From positions 128,593-192,592 of the forward strand of contig JBAZXK010000002.1 in assembly GCA_041659905.1 (NCBI GenBank): a DNA stretch of 64,000 nt, given 5' to 3'. The notes under the pieces were generated by a model. That model was not told the origin of the DNA. It searched no databases and saw nothing but the letters and a program-made list of their open reading frames with translations. Positions 20,414 to 30,347 of this stretch are shown piece by piece (position 1 is the stretch's first letter; every line of letters begins with the position of its first letter). This stretch comes from Patescibacteria group bacterium. GTDB lineage: Bacteria > Patescibacteriota > Kazan-3B-28 > UBA10110. A program made the position numbers and the translations under genes.

Positions 20414-21127
20414 CTAGCGGCTTGTCTTGCCGAATTGAGCGGGCTTGCCTCGCTGCGAAGCAGCGGGTAAGATCATTATAACAAACTCGCCTTTAGGAAG
20501 TTTGCTGGCGAAGTAGTTAATTAGTTCGTTAGTCTCCCCTATTTTGACTTCTTCAAACTTTTTAGTGAGTTCGCGAAAAGCCAGAATCTTTCTTTGGCCT
20601 AAAAATTTTTCAATATCTCTCAAGGTGCGGCCTACCCGCATCGGTGATTCATAAATTAAAATGGGCAAATCCCAGCCGCTGATCTTTTTGAAGAGAGTTT
20701 CCCGGCCTTTCTTTTTCGGGAGGAATCCCAGGAAGATAAAATTATCAGCCGATTCCCCAGCGATGCTGAGGGCAGCGGTCAGGGCAGAAGGGCCAGGGAG
20801 AGCCATGACTTCAGCACCGGCAGCGCGAGCGGCCCCTACGAGCCTCCCGGCCGGGTCTTGGATACCGGGAGTACCCGCATCAGTGATCAAGGCAATGTTT
20901 TTGCCTTCCACTAGCTGCTCCACCAGGTAATCCAGTTTATTATCTCGGCTGTGTTGGTGATATGAAATCAGCGGAGTTCCAATATTATAGTGGTTTAGTA
21001 ATTTTTTACTAGTGCGCGTATCTTCGGCTGCGATCAAGTCAACTGTCCGCAAGGTTTCTAAAGCCCGCAGAGTAATATCTCCCAGGTTCCCGATCGGTGT
21101 GGCGACCACATAAATTTTTCCCATCAT
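20414..21127 (-). CDS. rsmI: 16S rRNA (cytidine1402-2'-O)-methyltransferase
   Basis: MMGKIYVVATPIGNLGDITLRALETLRTVDLIAAEDTRTSKKLL, tetrapyrrole-methylase fold typical of RsmI. Confidence 0.85.
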   Translation of the reverse strand: MMGKIYVVATPIGNLGDITLRALETLRTVDLIAAEDTRTSKKLLNHYNIGTPLISYHQHSRDNKLDYLVEQLVEGKNIALITDAGTPGIQDPAGRLVGAARAAGAEVMALPGPSALTAALSIAGESADNFIFLGFLPKKKGRETLFKKISGWDLPILIYESPMRVGRTLRDIEKFLGQRKILAFRELTKKFEEVKIGETNELINYFASKLPKGEFVIMILPAASQRGKPAQFGKTSR

Positions 21128-21246
21128 CTGTTAATTGAGTAAATAATTACGTATCCGTCATTCTGGGGAGCCCCTGGGGCGACTCCAGAATCGTACATAT
21201 TATTTATACGATCCTGGACGATGCCAGGATGACGGCCAAAAGAGTC

Positions 21247-21708
21247 TTAATATTTTTTAGAGACTAAATCTTTAAGTAATTTAGTTTGTTCCAGTATCTC
21301 TTTATCTTGTTCGTCCAAGTGAGTCAAAATATGTTCGATGTCTTTGTAGATAGATTCGGTGGTTTTGAATTCCTCCTCGGCTCTCAGTTCGGCGTGGCGG
21401 TTTTGAATATTCTGCCCCACCAGAATCAGCGGCATCAAGAGGAGTTGGATAATATTACCTATAAATAGCAAAAAGGCGAAGGGATAAGGATCAAACGGCT
21501 GATTGGCGGAATTAGTCTGCCAGAGAATCCATCCTGCCATAAACAAGGTAAAGAAATAAACCGCATACATGGTGCCTATAGCTGCTGTGATAGTTACGGC
21601 AATCCTATCGTTTAGTCCAAGCTGGTTTTTATGAATTATGTTAACGTTTTTAGGATGATGCCGTTTACTCGGCTCTCTCTGTTCAAGTGACGACATTACT
21701 TCCTCCAC
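21247..21708 (-). CDS. DUF1003-like membrane protein
   Basis: 153 aa, two TM helices and a PFDPYPFAFLLF motif resembling DUF1003. Confidence 0.5.
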   Translation of the reverse strand: MEEVMSSLEQREPSKRHHPKNVNIIHKNQLGLNDRIAVTITAAIGTMYAVYFFTLFMAGWILWQTNSANQPFDPYPFAFLLFIGNIIQLLLMPLILVGQNIQNRHAELRAEEEFKTTESIYKDIEHILTHLDEQDKEILEQTKLLKDLVSKKY

Positions 21709-21715
21709 AATTTAC

Positions 21716-22588
21716 TTATAATTTATCGATATTTTGATATAACTTGATCCAGTCTGGGATGGTGAGGGTTTGCGCGCGGCGCTCCGGGGCGATCCGACTT
21801 TTGGCCAAAACCTGTTTAACCTTGGCGTCGTCCAAATGCAGTCCGCCGGACAAAGAATTATGCAGTTGCTTGCGGCGCTCGCCAAAACCTGCTTTGACTA
21901 GCCGAAAAAACTTTTTTTCATCAATCTCGCCTGCCCGTGCCGGGCTTGAACGGCCAGGGGTCGGTAATTTCTGATGGGGAATAATTCTGATCACCGCTGA
22001 ATCGACTTTTGGTATTGGCCAGAAATTCTGTTTGGGGACCAGCGTGATGATTTCAGCAGTGCTATAGAATTGTACGGCAACGCTTAGGAGATTGGCGTCG
22101 GGAGGTAACGCAATCATGCGCTCGGCGACCTCCTTTTGCACCATCAATACCATCATAACAGGGCGGTATTTGCTTTCTAGAAAGAAACGAATAATTGCGG
22201 AAGTTAGATAATAAGGCAAATTGGCTACTAACTTATATTTCTTTTTCGGGAAATATTCTTTAAAGAAAGCATCGCTCAAAGCCAGCGCATTGCCTTCCAC
22301 GATCTTCATATTAGAAAGATCCGAATTGATTCCCCGGCAAGCTTTAGCCATACTGATATCTTTTTCAATAGCTACCACGCGCTGGGCGGTTTGGGCTAAA
22401 GCTCTCGTCAGGGTGCCGAGTCCCGGACCGATTTCGAGCACCTCGTCGGTATCGGTCAGGCGGGCTGCTTGCGTAATTTCTTGTAGAACCTGTGTATTAG
22501 TTAAAAAATGTTGCCCCAGCCTTTTTTGAGCCGACATATTATACTCGCGGAGAATTAGACGAATAGTATCAATATTAGTTAGGTCCAT
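21716..22588 (-). CDS. rsmA: 16S rRNA (adenine1518/1519-N6)-dimethyltransferase
   Basis: LGQHFLTN and EIGPGLGTLT SAM-binding motifs of KsgA/RsmA. Confidence 0.9.
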   Translation of the reverse strand: MDLTNIDTIRLILREYNMSAQKRLGQHFLTNTQVLQEITQAARLTDTDEVLEIGPGLGTLTRALAQTAQRVVAIEKDISMAKACRGINSDLSNMKIVEGNALALSDAFFKEYFPKKKYKLVANLPYYLTSAIIRFFLESKYRPVMMVLMVQKEVAERMIALPPDANLLSVAVQFYSTAEIITLVPKQNFWPIPKVDSAVIRIIPHQKLPTPGRSSPARAGEIDEKKFFRLVKAGFGERRKQLHNSLSGGLHLDDAKVKQVLAKSRIAPERRAQTLTIPDWIKLYQNIDKL

Positions 22589-22725
22589 AGGTCAGTATTT
22601 AGCGTTTAGCGTCTAGCATTTAAAATATAGTTCCTCCCCTCACGGAGGGGAGGTTAGGTGGGGAGTGATTAATCTTCTACTCCCACCTCCCCCTAACCCC
22701 TCCTCGGGCAGGAGGGGAATATTAT

Positions 22726-23406
22726 CTAGATTTTATAGTAGCGGACATTGATAATCCCGGCACCTAAGGGAGCGAGTTTAGCAAAGGCGGTATGATTCAA
22801 ATCCAGCGACATACCCGTCCAATCCTCCGGGCCAAAGTCGTTTACCACGACATCCACGGATTTGCCGGATTTGATGGCAATGACGTGCACCTTGGTGCCC
22901 CGGGGAAATTCTCGGCTAGCAGTATTCATGCCGTTGCCGAAGACATACCAACTGGCGTAGCCTTCCCGAACCGGTGATTTAGGAACTTTTAGGGCCTCTT
23001 CTTGTTTCTTAATATCAGCCGCAACCTTGTCTATAGTGGCTTGCATGTTAGCAGCCACAATAGAATTTCTGTCAGTCGGCTTAGTAGTGACGGTAACTAA
23101 AGTTGCGGCAGTCAGCCGACTCTCTGGCCGGGGGGTGACAGCGACGATCGGCTCTTGGATGTTGAGTTCGGCAATTAAATCCCCTACCTCAGTCGCCTTG
23201 GTAGTATAAATGTCAGTTAAACCATTAATCGAAACAGTCACGGCTTTGATAGTCTTGATAGTGGCATTTCCTAACTGGCCCAGACCGAAGATAAGAAAAA
23301 TCAATAGCCCTAAAGTTATAGCGGTGGCAAAAGATTTCTTTCTAGTTTCGGGGGCGAGATGAGGATAATTTAAATCCGTCAACCTGTGCCTAAAGAGTTT
23401 GCTCAC
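22726..23406 (-). CDS. RlpA-like double-psi beta-barrel (DPBB) lipoprotein
   Basis: N-terminal TM/signal; C-terminal EGYASWYVFGNGMNTASREFPRGTKVHV...NDFGPE resembles the RlpA/3D DPBB domain. Confidence 0.6.
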   Translation of the reverse strand: MSKLFRHRLTDLNYPHLAPETRKKSFATAITLGLLIFLIFGLGQLGNATIKTIKAVTVSINGLTDIYTTKATEVGDLIAELNIQEPIVAVTPRPESRLTAATLVTVTTKPTDRNSIVAANMQATIDKVAADIKKQEEALKVPKSPVREGYASWYVFGNGMNTASREFPRGTKVHVIAIKSGKSVDVVVNDFGPEDWTGMSLDLNHTAFAKLAPLGAGIINVRYYKI

Positions 23407-23429
23407 AGTTACATTATACTGTAAAAGCT

Positions 23430-25574
23430 TTAGAGGGAGGCTGAGGTGGGAGCAACTATTTTTTTGATCGGAGCCAAATTGCGCGCCAATCGTTTGATAC
23501 CGAATTGTTGGAAGGCGGCGATTACTTCCAATTTATCTACGGTAATCACTTTACCGGGACCGAAATGCTTATGTTCGATCCAATCCCCAGGTTTAACCTT
23601 GAGGGCTGGGGAAACTTCTTCAATGGTAGTAGTGGTATGAGACATTTCGTTGCCGTCAACTTTTAACTCTTCTGGTATATCATCAATAAACCGAGATGGC
23701 AAACTGGGGGTAAAAGTGCCGAAGATCAGACGCTGGACCGTATAGATTAAATAAAGCTTTTTCTTGGCTCGGGTCATCCCGACATAACACAAGCGACGTT
23801 CTTCTTCTAATTCCTCTTCGTCTAGGATACTGCGGGAATGCGGAAACAGGTTTTCTTCCATTCCGGCAATAAACACATAATCAAATTCCAATCCTTTAGC
23901 CGAGTGCAAAGTCATTAAACTAACAGCGTTTTCGTCTGCATCATATCTATCAATATCTTGGATCAAACTGACTTCTTCCAAAAAGAGTGGTAAAGCGATT
24001 TTGATATCTAGAATATCATATTTTTCGATGACGCTCTTAAGTTCCCGGACGTTTTCAATGCGAGTTTCACCTTCAATAGTTTTATCATTAAGCCAAACCA
24101 AATAGCCAGTTTTTTCTAAGAGATAATCGAACAATTTAGAAAGCACTCGTTTACCCGACCTGGCTTCGGTAAATACTTGTCCCAGTTTTCGGAGTTCGGC
24201 TTGGGCTTTAGCTCCTACCGGCACATCTAACAGAATTTCGCTGGTCGGCTGATTGTGCACTGTGGCGTATTTGACTAGTTCTTCCCAGGTTTTCTCCCCT
24301 ACTCCCCGGGGCGGCAAATTGATGATTCGCTTTAAACTCAAATCATCCTGCGGGTTATTAATTACTTTCATAAACGCCAGCACATCTTTAATTTCTTTGC
24401 GATCGTAGAACCGAGTACCGCCGATGATCCGGTATGGGATGTTTTGTTGCAGAAAAGCTTCTTCTAAAGCGCGGGACTGGGCGTTGGTGCGATACAAAAT
24501 CACAAAATCATTAAAGTCGAGTTTAGGGTCAGCCGATTTGCGCTGGAGAATTTCTTGGATGATGTATTTTCCCTCCATCTCTTCGTTAAAGACTTGTTTG
24601 ATAGTGATCGGCTCGCCTTCGCCGTTTTTGGTCCAGAGTTCTTTTTCGCTCCGATTTTTGTTGGCGGAAATGACAGCTGCCGCGCTATTTAGGAGATTTT
24701 GGGTAGAACGGTAGTTTTCTTCCAGTTTAATGGTTTTGGCTTTTGGGTAATCTTTGTGGAAATTCAAGATATTGCGGTAATTCGCCCCCCGCCAACTGTA
24801 AATCGATTGCCAATCGTCGCCTACCACAAACAGATTCTTATGTTTTTCGGCCAACAACTTGGTTAATTGGTATTGGGCGGTGTTGGTATCTTGATACTCG
24901 TCCACCATAATATATTTAAATTTGGTTTGGTATTTCTTCAAAACATCCGGATTATTGCGGAATAAAACTACTGTTTGCATCAAGAGGTCGTCAAAATCCA
25001 AGCTGTTGTTGGCGAGGATAATTTCTTGGTAGCGGGGGTAAACTTTAGCCACTACTTTTTGAAAGTAGCCATACGCCATTTCGGGATATTCTTCGGCATT
25101 GATCAGTTCGCTTTTGGCGGAAGAGATGTAATTTAATACCGCGCCGGGGGCGAATTTCTGGGTGTCCACATTTAAGTCGTTCATGGCCTGTTTTACCGCT
25201 GTGGTTTGTTCGTCAGTGTCTAAAATAGTGAAATTTTGATTGCGGCCGATGTGTTGAATGTCGGCCCGCAAAATCCGCGAACAGAGCGAATGGAAGGTAC
25301 TGATATGAAAAGCTTTATCGGATTTTAACTTCAGCAGATGCATGATCCGTTGTTTCATCTCGCCGGCCGCCTTGTTGGTAAAGGTGACGGCCAAGATCTC
25401 GCTGGGGGTAGCTTTTTTGGTTTGCACCAAATAAGCCACCCGGGATGTGAGGGTTTTGGTTTTGCCGCTCCCGGCTCCCGCCAAGATCAGCACCGGCCCT
25501 TCCGTGGCCTGCACCGCTTTAATCTGCTCCGGGTTCAACTTGTCTAATAAATCTGTCATACAACCTTGTGTCAT
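23430..25574 (-). CDS. pcrA: ATP-dependent DNA helicase PcrA/UvrD
   Basis: Walker A ILAGAGSGKTKTLT, UvrD helicase motifs throughout, 714 aa. Confidence 0.9.
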   Translation of the reverse strand: MTQGCMTDLLDKLNPEQIKAVQATEGPVLILAGAGSGKTKTLTSRVAYLVQTKKATPSEILAVTFTNKAAGEMKQRIMHLLKLKSDKAFHISTFHSLCSRILRADIQHIGRNQNFTILDTDEQTTAVKQAMNDLNVDTQKFAPGAVLNYISSAKSELINAEEYPEMAYGYFQKVVAKVYPRYQEIILANNSLDFDDLLMQTVVLFRNNPDVLKKYQTKFKYIMVDEYQDTNTAQYQLTKLLAEKHKNLFVVGDDWQSIYSWRGANYRNILNFHKDYPKAKTIKLEENYRSTQNLLNSAAAVISANKNRSEKELWTKNGEGEPITIKQVFNEEMEGKYIIQEILQRKSADPKLDFNDFVILYRTNAQSRALEEAFLQQNIPYRIIGGTRFYDRKEIKDVLAFMKVINNPQDDLSLKRIINLPPRGVGEKTWEELVKYATVHNQPTSEILLDVPVGAKAQAELRKLGQVFTEARSGKRVLSKLFDYLLEKTGYLVWLNDKTIEGETRIENVRELKSVIEKYDILDIKIALPLFLEEVSLIQDIDRYDADENAVSLMTLHSAKGLEFDYVFIAGMEENLFPHSRSILDEEELEEERRLCYVGMTRAKKKLYLIYTVQRLIFGTFTPSLPSRFIDDIPEELKVDGNEMSHTTTTIEEVSPALKVKPGDWIEHKHFGPGKVITVDKLEVIAAFQQFGIKRLARNLAPIKKIVAPTSASL

Positions 25575-25633
25575 CCCGAGCGTAGTCGAGGGATCTTATA
25601 TATTACTCATATTAACTTATCCTATTATCCCAC

Positions 25634-25658
25634 AACAAAAAACCCACCTCTCGGTGGG
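25634..25658 (-). terminator. Rho-independent terminator of the minus-strand hypothetical operon
   Basis: cccacc-tctc-ggtggg hairpin followed on the minus strand by a T6 run. Confidence 0.6.
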
Positions 25659-25670
25659 CTGATATTTTCC

Positions 25671-26333
25671 CTAGCGACCTAGAGAGTTGCGAACAAATTT
25701 CTGTGCAAGTTTCTCCCCTTCTCGCACGAGATTTTGCACAGTTTCTGATCTGAAGCTGCAATTTGGCCAATTCATAGGATCAGCACTATCCAAACCTCCT
25801 TCTTTGGCAGCCGCTTCTATCAGGGAGTTGACTGTATCAACAAGCTGTTGTCCGGTCTGAGCATCAGCAAAGGGAAGATTTCCCATTATCTTTCGAGCGG
25901 TCGATGCGTACCAATACAATCGGGCAATAGTCGCGGACGAGATAGTTGTTGGATTACCGACCATGTCCCTTTCCTGCCAAGAACTTCCTACCTTTTTTAC
26001 ATCAATCACTCCAGCGATTTCTTTCATAATCTGAGCGAAAGGTTCGAAGTCTGATTCCTCAGTCAATGCGAAACGTCTAACCAATGCTGTCGAATAATCT
26101 GTGAATGTTCCACTTTCGGCAAAGCAACCAGACATATATAAGTTGCCCTTCAGTTTGCCTTGGACAGCTTCATTGATTTTTTCATTATCCATAAGAACAG
26201 AGAAATGTTCCATTTCGACGATTACGTCATACTTTGCGAGCTCCTCTTTCTTTTCTGTTGGTATGACTGATGGTTCTACGACGTTTTGTTTCTTTCCCTT
26301 AAACTTCTCGATCAATCTCAGGAAGATATTCAT
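25671..26333 (-). CDS. Hypothetical protein (no recognisable domain)
   Basis: 220 aa ORF, last gene of a three-gene minus-strand operon divergent from TrmB-like regulator 1. Confidence 0.5.
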   Translation of the reverse strand: MNIFLRLIEKFKGKKQNVVEPSVIPTEKKEELAKYDVIVEMEHFSVLMDNEKINEAVQGKLKGNLYMSGCFAESGTFTDYSTALVRRFALTEESDFEPFAQIMKEIAGVIDVKKVGSSWQERDMVGNPTTISSATIARLYWYASTARKIMGNLPFADAQTGQQLVDTVNSLIEAAAKEGGLDSADPMNWPNCSFRSETVQNLVREGEKLAQKFVRNSLGR

Positions 26334-26360
26334 GGCTTTTGCTCCTTATTTCATTCGAGA

Positions 26361-26663
26361 TTAGCCCGCCACTTTCGTGGCGGGTTCCAGAGACCATTTA
26401 ACACAACGCCGACGGTCATTTTTATTAGTCAGAATTGTGAATGCTTTTCTTTGCTGCAATAGGGTCGTTGCAAAAGGTTCGATGACATCAGTTTTTATAA
26501 TGATTGGATCTGGCCACTCAATGTCTCCAACAGTTTCATCGCAGCGCTCCCCTGTAATAACAAGCTCACCAAAACTGATCTGGAACTTTTCATTCTTCTT
26601 AACGAAACAATTTCCGCCACTAATGAGCTTGACCAATTCGTCAAAGGTATTTACGTGTCGCAT
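26361..26663 (-). CDS. Hypothetical protein
   Basis: The listed ORF 26361..26765 overlaps the upstream gene by >100 nt; the internal Met (MRHVNTFDEL...) gives a ~100 aa product overlapping by only 13 nt. Confidence 0.4.
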   Translation of the reverse strand: MRHVNTFDELVKLISGGNCFVKKNEKFQISFGELVITGERCDETVGDIEWPDPIIIKTDVIEPFATTLLQQRKAFTILTNKNDRRRCVKWSLEPATKVAG

Positions 26664-27208
26664 TGTGTCGCCTCCTTGGCCTTGGATGGGGTAACAAGAT
26701 AGACAATGTATTTTGTGGCATCGTAGCCGACGGTGTAGAAGAGGAAGATCCAGAACACTCGCCAATCACCGCTGAATCCGCTATATATCACAGCTGGAAC
26801 TGGATAGTACAACATACCTTCATACAGGTTTCTGACAAACCTATTTGGCGCTTTGCCTCGCCATCGATCTTTGATTGAGCCGAACAGAACAAATACCAGG
26901 TAGAATGTCAGAAGCAAACCAATTTCTGGCTTAGCGACTGCTAAGAAAGTGATTATGATCATGGTTGTGGCGATTTGGTGATTTAGGTAGTCTAGTCTGC
27001 CTCTCACCAAGAACGCTAGGTTCATGGCCAACATAATGTTGGCTGTAGCTGGCCCTCCTAGCATAACTAATGCGGCTCCCATAATTCCCCAGACAATGCC
27101 GAACAGAATATCGGCTCCGGAGAACCAATAGAAACCATGTTCGTTATGGAGATCAGCAATTTTCATACTGATTCCATAGCCGATGGCAATCAGCAATAAT
27201 AGCCCCAT
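26651..27208 (-). CDS. Hypothetical polytopic membrane protein
   Basis: 185 aa with 5-6 predicted TM helices. Confidence 0.55.
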   Translation of the reverse strand: MGLLLLIAIGYGISMKIADLHNEHGFYWFSGADILFGIVWGIMGAALVMLGGPATANIMLAMNLAFLVRGRLDYLNHQIATTMIIITFLAVAKPEIGLLLTFYLVFVLFGSIKDRWRGKAPNRFVRNLYEGMLYYPVPAVIYSGFSGDWRVFWIFLFYTVGYDATKYIVYLVTPSKAKEATQCDT

Positions 27209-27410
27209 GGTTATTCTCCTTATTTTTTCGTTTTTCTGTTTTCAAGATTGCAATTTTCTGCTTCCAGACTACATTATTTGTAGATTTGTGTCAATAAGTT
27301 CGGACAATTAGAAAACTGTTTTACGGTCATTTATAATCTGATATTGCTATATAAAACCAGATATGCTATAATATTTGTTGGTACGAATGAACAAAATTTA
27401 AGATTTTGAA

Positions 27411-28184
27411 ATGGCTAAGACAATCGAAAGATTATTAGGAGAAATCGGGCTGAGCGCCAAGGAACAGGCGGTTTACCGAGCAGTAGTTGAACTGGGTGAT
27501 GCGCCAGTGTCCCCGATCGCCAAAAGAGCTCGCATTAATCGAGCAACAGCTTATAGTATTTTGGATCATTTGATCGGAAAAGGATTAGTTGCTAAATCCG
27601 AGCAGAAGAAAAAACTGCATTATTCGGCTAAGGGTACCGGTGAACTTGAAGAATATCTGATGTCCCAAAAGGCTAACTGGGATGGCATCATCCATACCTT
27701 TCATCATTTAAAACCTGAACTGGAAGCATTGTTAGGCAGCGCGGGAGTAAAGCCGACGGTAAGATTCTTTGAAGGGAAGTTAGGAGTAAAAGAAGTTTTT
27801 TTTGATCAGATTCGCGGTGATCATAAAGAAATCTTAGCCTATGGTTCGGCGGGCAAATTAGAGGAACTAATGGGGAGTGATTATTTAAAGATGTTTACTA
27901 AACAAAAATCTAAAACCAATATCGTTACCAGAGCGATTTTGCCGGACGAACCCATTTCGCGAGAATATGTCAAAAAATATTATCCTGAAAAAGGCAAACA
28001 GCTATTCGATATTAAAGTTGTGTCTCCCGATGAATTCCCGATGGAGATGGAAATGAACATTTATGGTAATAAAGTTTCCATGATCTCGCTTAACCCTGCC
28101 GAGCCGGTTGCGGTTATTATCGAAAGCCCTGCTCTAGTTCGCAATCAACGTATCATCTTTAATCTTCTTTGGAAGCGATTATAA
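27411..28184 (+). CDS. TrmB-family HTH transcriptional regulator (paralog 1)
   Basis: N-terminal winged HTH (LSAKEQAVYRAVVELGDAPVSPIAKRARINRATAYSILDHLIGKGLV) plus C-terminal TrmB-like domain; ~60% identical to 30348..31121. Confidence 0.7.
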   Translation: MAKTIERLLGEIGLSAKEQAVYRAVVELGDAPVSPIAKRARINRATAYSILDHLIGKGLVAKSEQKKKLHYSAKGTGELEEYLMSQKANWDGIIHTFHHLKPELEALLGSAGVKPTVRFFEGKLGVKEVFFDQIRGDHKEILAYGSAGKLEELMGSDYLKMFTKQKSKTNIVTRAILPDEPISREYVKKYYPEKGKQLFDIKVVSPDEFPMEMEMNIYGNKVSMISLNPAEPVAVIIESPALVRNQRIIFNLLWKRL

Positions 28185-28289
28185 TAGCCAAACTTTTTAG
28201 CAAGTTAAAACCCCTGTCAGAGATCTGGCAGGGGTTTTAGTTCTTAAAGATGAAAGAACTTTCCTAGATTGTTTTATACCATCAAAGCT

Positions 28290-28634
28290 CTATAGAAACC
28301 TTACAAACTTATTATTTTTATCAACTAATACATTCTTAGCTTTGATTAATTTATTAGTCAATTCAAAACCCATAATAATAATTTCATCGCCAGTTTTTAT
28401 CAGAAGGGCGGCTGCTCCATTCATGCAAATAGTACCCGAACCTTTTGCTCCAACAATTACATAAGTTTCTAGTCGCGCACCGTTGGTGTTGTCTACAACG
28501 AGAACTTTTTCGCCTGGCCAAAAACCGGCTTTAATGATCAAATCCTTGTCTATAGTAATACTGCCAATATAGTTTATATTGGCTTCTGTTACAGTTGCTT
28601 TATGAATTTTTGATCTCATTAAATATCTCATCAT
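28290..28634 (-). CDS. panD: Aspartate 1-decarboxylase (pyruvoyl-dependent)
   Basis: [29 protein letters not shown]... aligns with PanD, including the Gly-Ser self-cleavage site (YIGSITID). Confidence 0.8.
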   Translation of the reverse strand: MMRYLMRSKIHKATVTEANINYIGSITIDKDLIIKAGFWPGEKVLVVDNTNGARLETYVIVGAKGSGTICMNGAAALLIKTGDEIIIMGFELTNKLIKAKNVLVDKNNKFVRFL

Positions 28635-28707
28635 TTTTTCTAATAAAAACTAAATAAGAGTATTAAGAAAGTAGAGGAGACTCCCTAAGAAGTCTCCATT
28701 TAATCAA

Positions 28708-30153
28708 TCATTTGGGCCATTCTCTATTGGAGAACCAGAGTTCTCCTCGATCTCCATTGATGTGCCGTATAGCCGAGAAGAATAAGTCGCTCACCTCTTG
28801 AAAGGTGAAATTTCTTGAGTTCAACTGAGGGATGTTTATGGAATACCTACTCCAGTTTTGCCATCCCCCATGTAGTTCAATACCGCTTTCCGGCCTGATG
28901 CGGTATTCTCCCCCGCCTATTGATTCCATTATTTCGTGGAACCTTCTTGTCCCTGGGAGCAACGAAAAGCAATAAACCACATGGAAATCTGAGAGTCCCT
29001 CATCTCGTAAGTTCTTTGCGAACTTAATTTGATTCTCCATTCCCAGGATGGTTTGCTCAGGAAAACCCATAATATGAGAGGTGTACACCCAGAGTCCTCT
29101 CTTTTTAGCTGCCCCCAGGATGCTTCTATAGTGAGACATCAGCTGCTCGGGAATTTGGTCGGTTGTCTTTCCTCGCAGATTAATTGGGATAAACAATGTC
29201 CGGCAGTTAGTATCTGCCATGTAGTCGATAAGTTCGGGTGTCAGGTTCTCTAACTCAAGTCCACCATTGTTCTCCCAAGACAGACCATGCTTTTTAAACA
29301 GCCGCATTACTTTTATTGCCCAGTCCCCTCCTCGGGAAAAGTTGTCGTCCTGAACAATGACATGGCTGTAACCATTTTCTCTCAACAGCCTAAGGTGATT
29401 TGAAATCCAGGAAAGGCTGTGTTTCCTAAATTTTTGTCCCCACATCCAAGGAGTGCAACAAAATCCGCATTTATTTGGACATCCTCTACTCAAGATAACA
29501 TCCAAATATTTTTCTCCGTGTGCAGACCCTGCGTAAGTTGGGCTTGGAGTAAGAGGGATCTGCTGAATCAGTTCAAGATCCAAAGACCCCAAGCAGTCCA
29601 AATCTTCTACAAGATCTTCTGGCGGATTAATGCAAAATTTGTTGTTTCTATCCAGATAGGCCACGCTTCCTGACTGCTGGATTATAGAAGGGTTGTCCAG
29701 GTTTGCAACGATATTCCCCATTACAACCTCTCCTTCACCAGTTACTACATAATCAATCAGGCTATCCCTTAAGGTTTTCTCAGGAAGCGCTGAAGCATGA
29801 GCTCCACCACAAACCAGAGGTATATTGGGGAAATACTGCTTCAATAGTTTTGCAGTTGTGAGAAATCCCGTGTACCCCACAGTGGCCAGTAAGGTTATGC
29901 CAATGACATCTGGCTTGAAATCAGATATCCTTTGGGTAATTTCCTTGTCTGGCAATCCATACTCCAACGTTTCCGAGGTAGTCTTTCGGAGGGTGCCCCA
30001 GCCCTCTAGGGCTGAATCAATTACTTGGACTTCGTGATGCCCTAAGTTTTTTAAAGCTGATCCGAGGTACCAAGTCCCCAGATTCAGCGCAGACTTTTTC
30101 AGATCTGCTCTGTTAGTGATCAATGGGGGGATTACCAGAATTACTCGTTTCAT
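28708..30153 (-). CDS. B12-binding domain / radical SAM domain protein
   Basis: N-terminal cobalamin-binding Rossmann-like region (VCGGAHASALPE...VTGEGEVVMGNIV) and canonical CxxxCxxC (RGCPNKCGFCCTP). Confidence 0.8.
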   Translation of the reverse strand: MKRVILVIPPLITNRADLKKSALNLGTWYLGSALKNLGHHEVQVIDSALEGWGTLRKTTSETLEYGLPDKEITQRISDFKPDVIGITLLATVGYTGFLTTAKLLKQYFPNIPLVCGGAHASALPEKTLRDSLIDYVVTGEGEVVMGNIVANLDNPSIIQQSGSVAYLDRNNKFCINPPEDLVEDLDCLGSLDLELIQQIPLTPSPTYAGSAHGEKYLDVILSRGCPNKCGFCCTPWMWGQKFRKHSLSWISNHLRLLRENGYSHVIVQDDNFSRGGDWAIKVMRLFKKHGLSWENNGGLELENLTPELIDYMADTNCRTLFIPINLRGKTTDQIPEQLMSHYRSILGAAKKRGLWVYTSHIMGFPEQTILGMENQIKFAKNLRDEGLSDFHVVYCFSLLPGTRRFHEIMESIGGGEYRIRPESGIELHGGWQNWSRYSINIPQLNSRNFTFQEVSDLFFSAIRHINGDRGELWFSNREWPK

Positions 30154-30347
30154 GGTTACTCTCCTTTTTCAAGCTACATTGATTTTGCGCTCTGATGGCT
30201 CAATACTATGATAAACTAATAAATTTGTCAATTATCATCCACAGTATAAATAAATAAAATAGCTGGATTATATCAGTATTTACAAAAGTAATCAGATATG
30301 TTAATATATTTGTGGGTGCAGTTCCACAAAATATAACTTTTTTTAAG

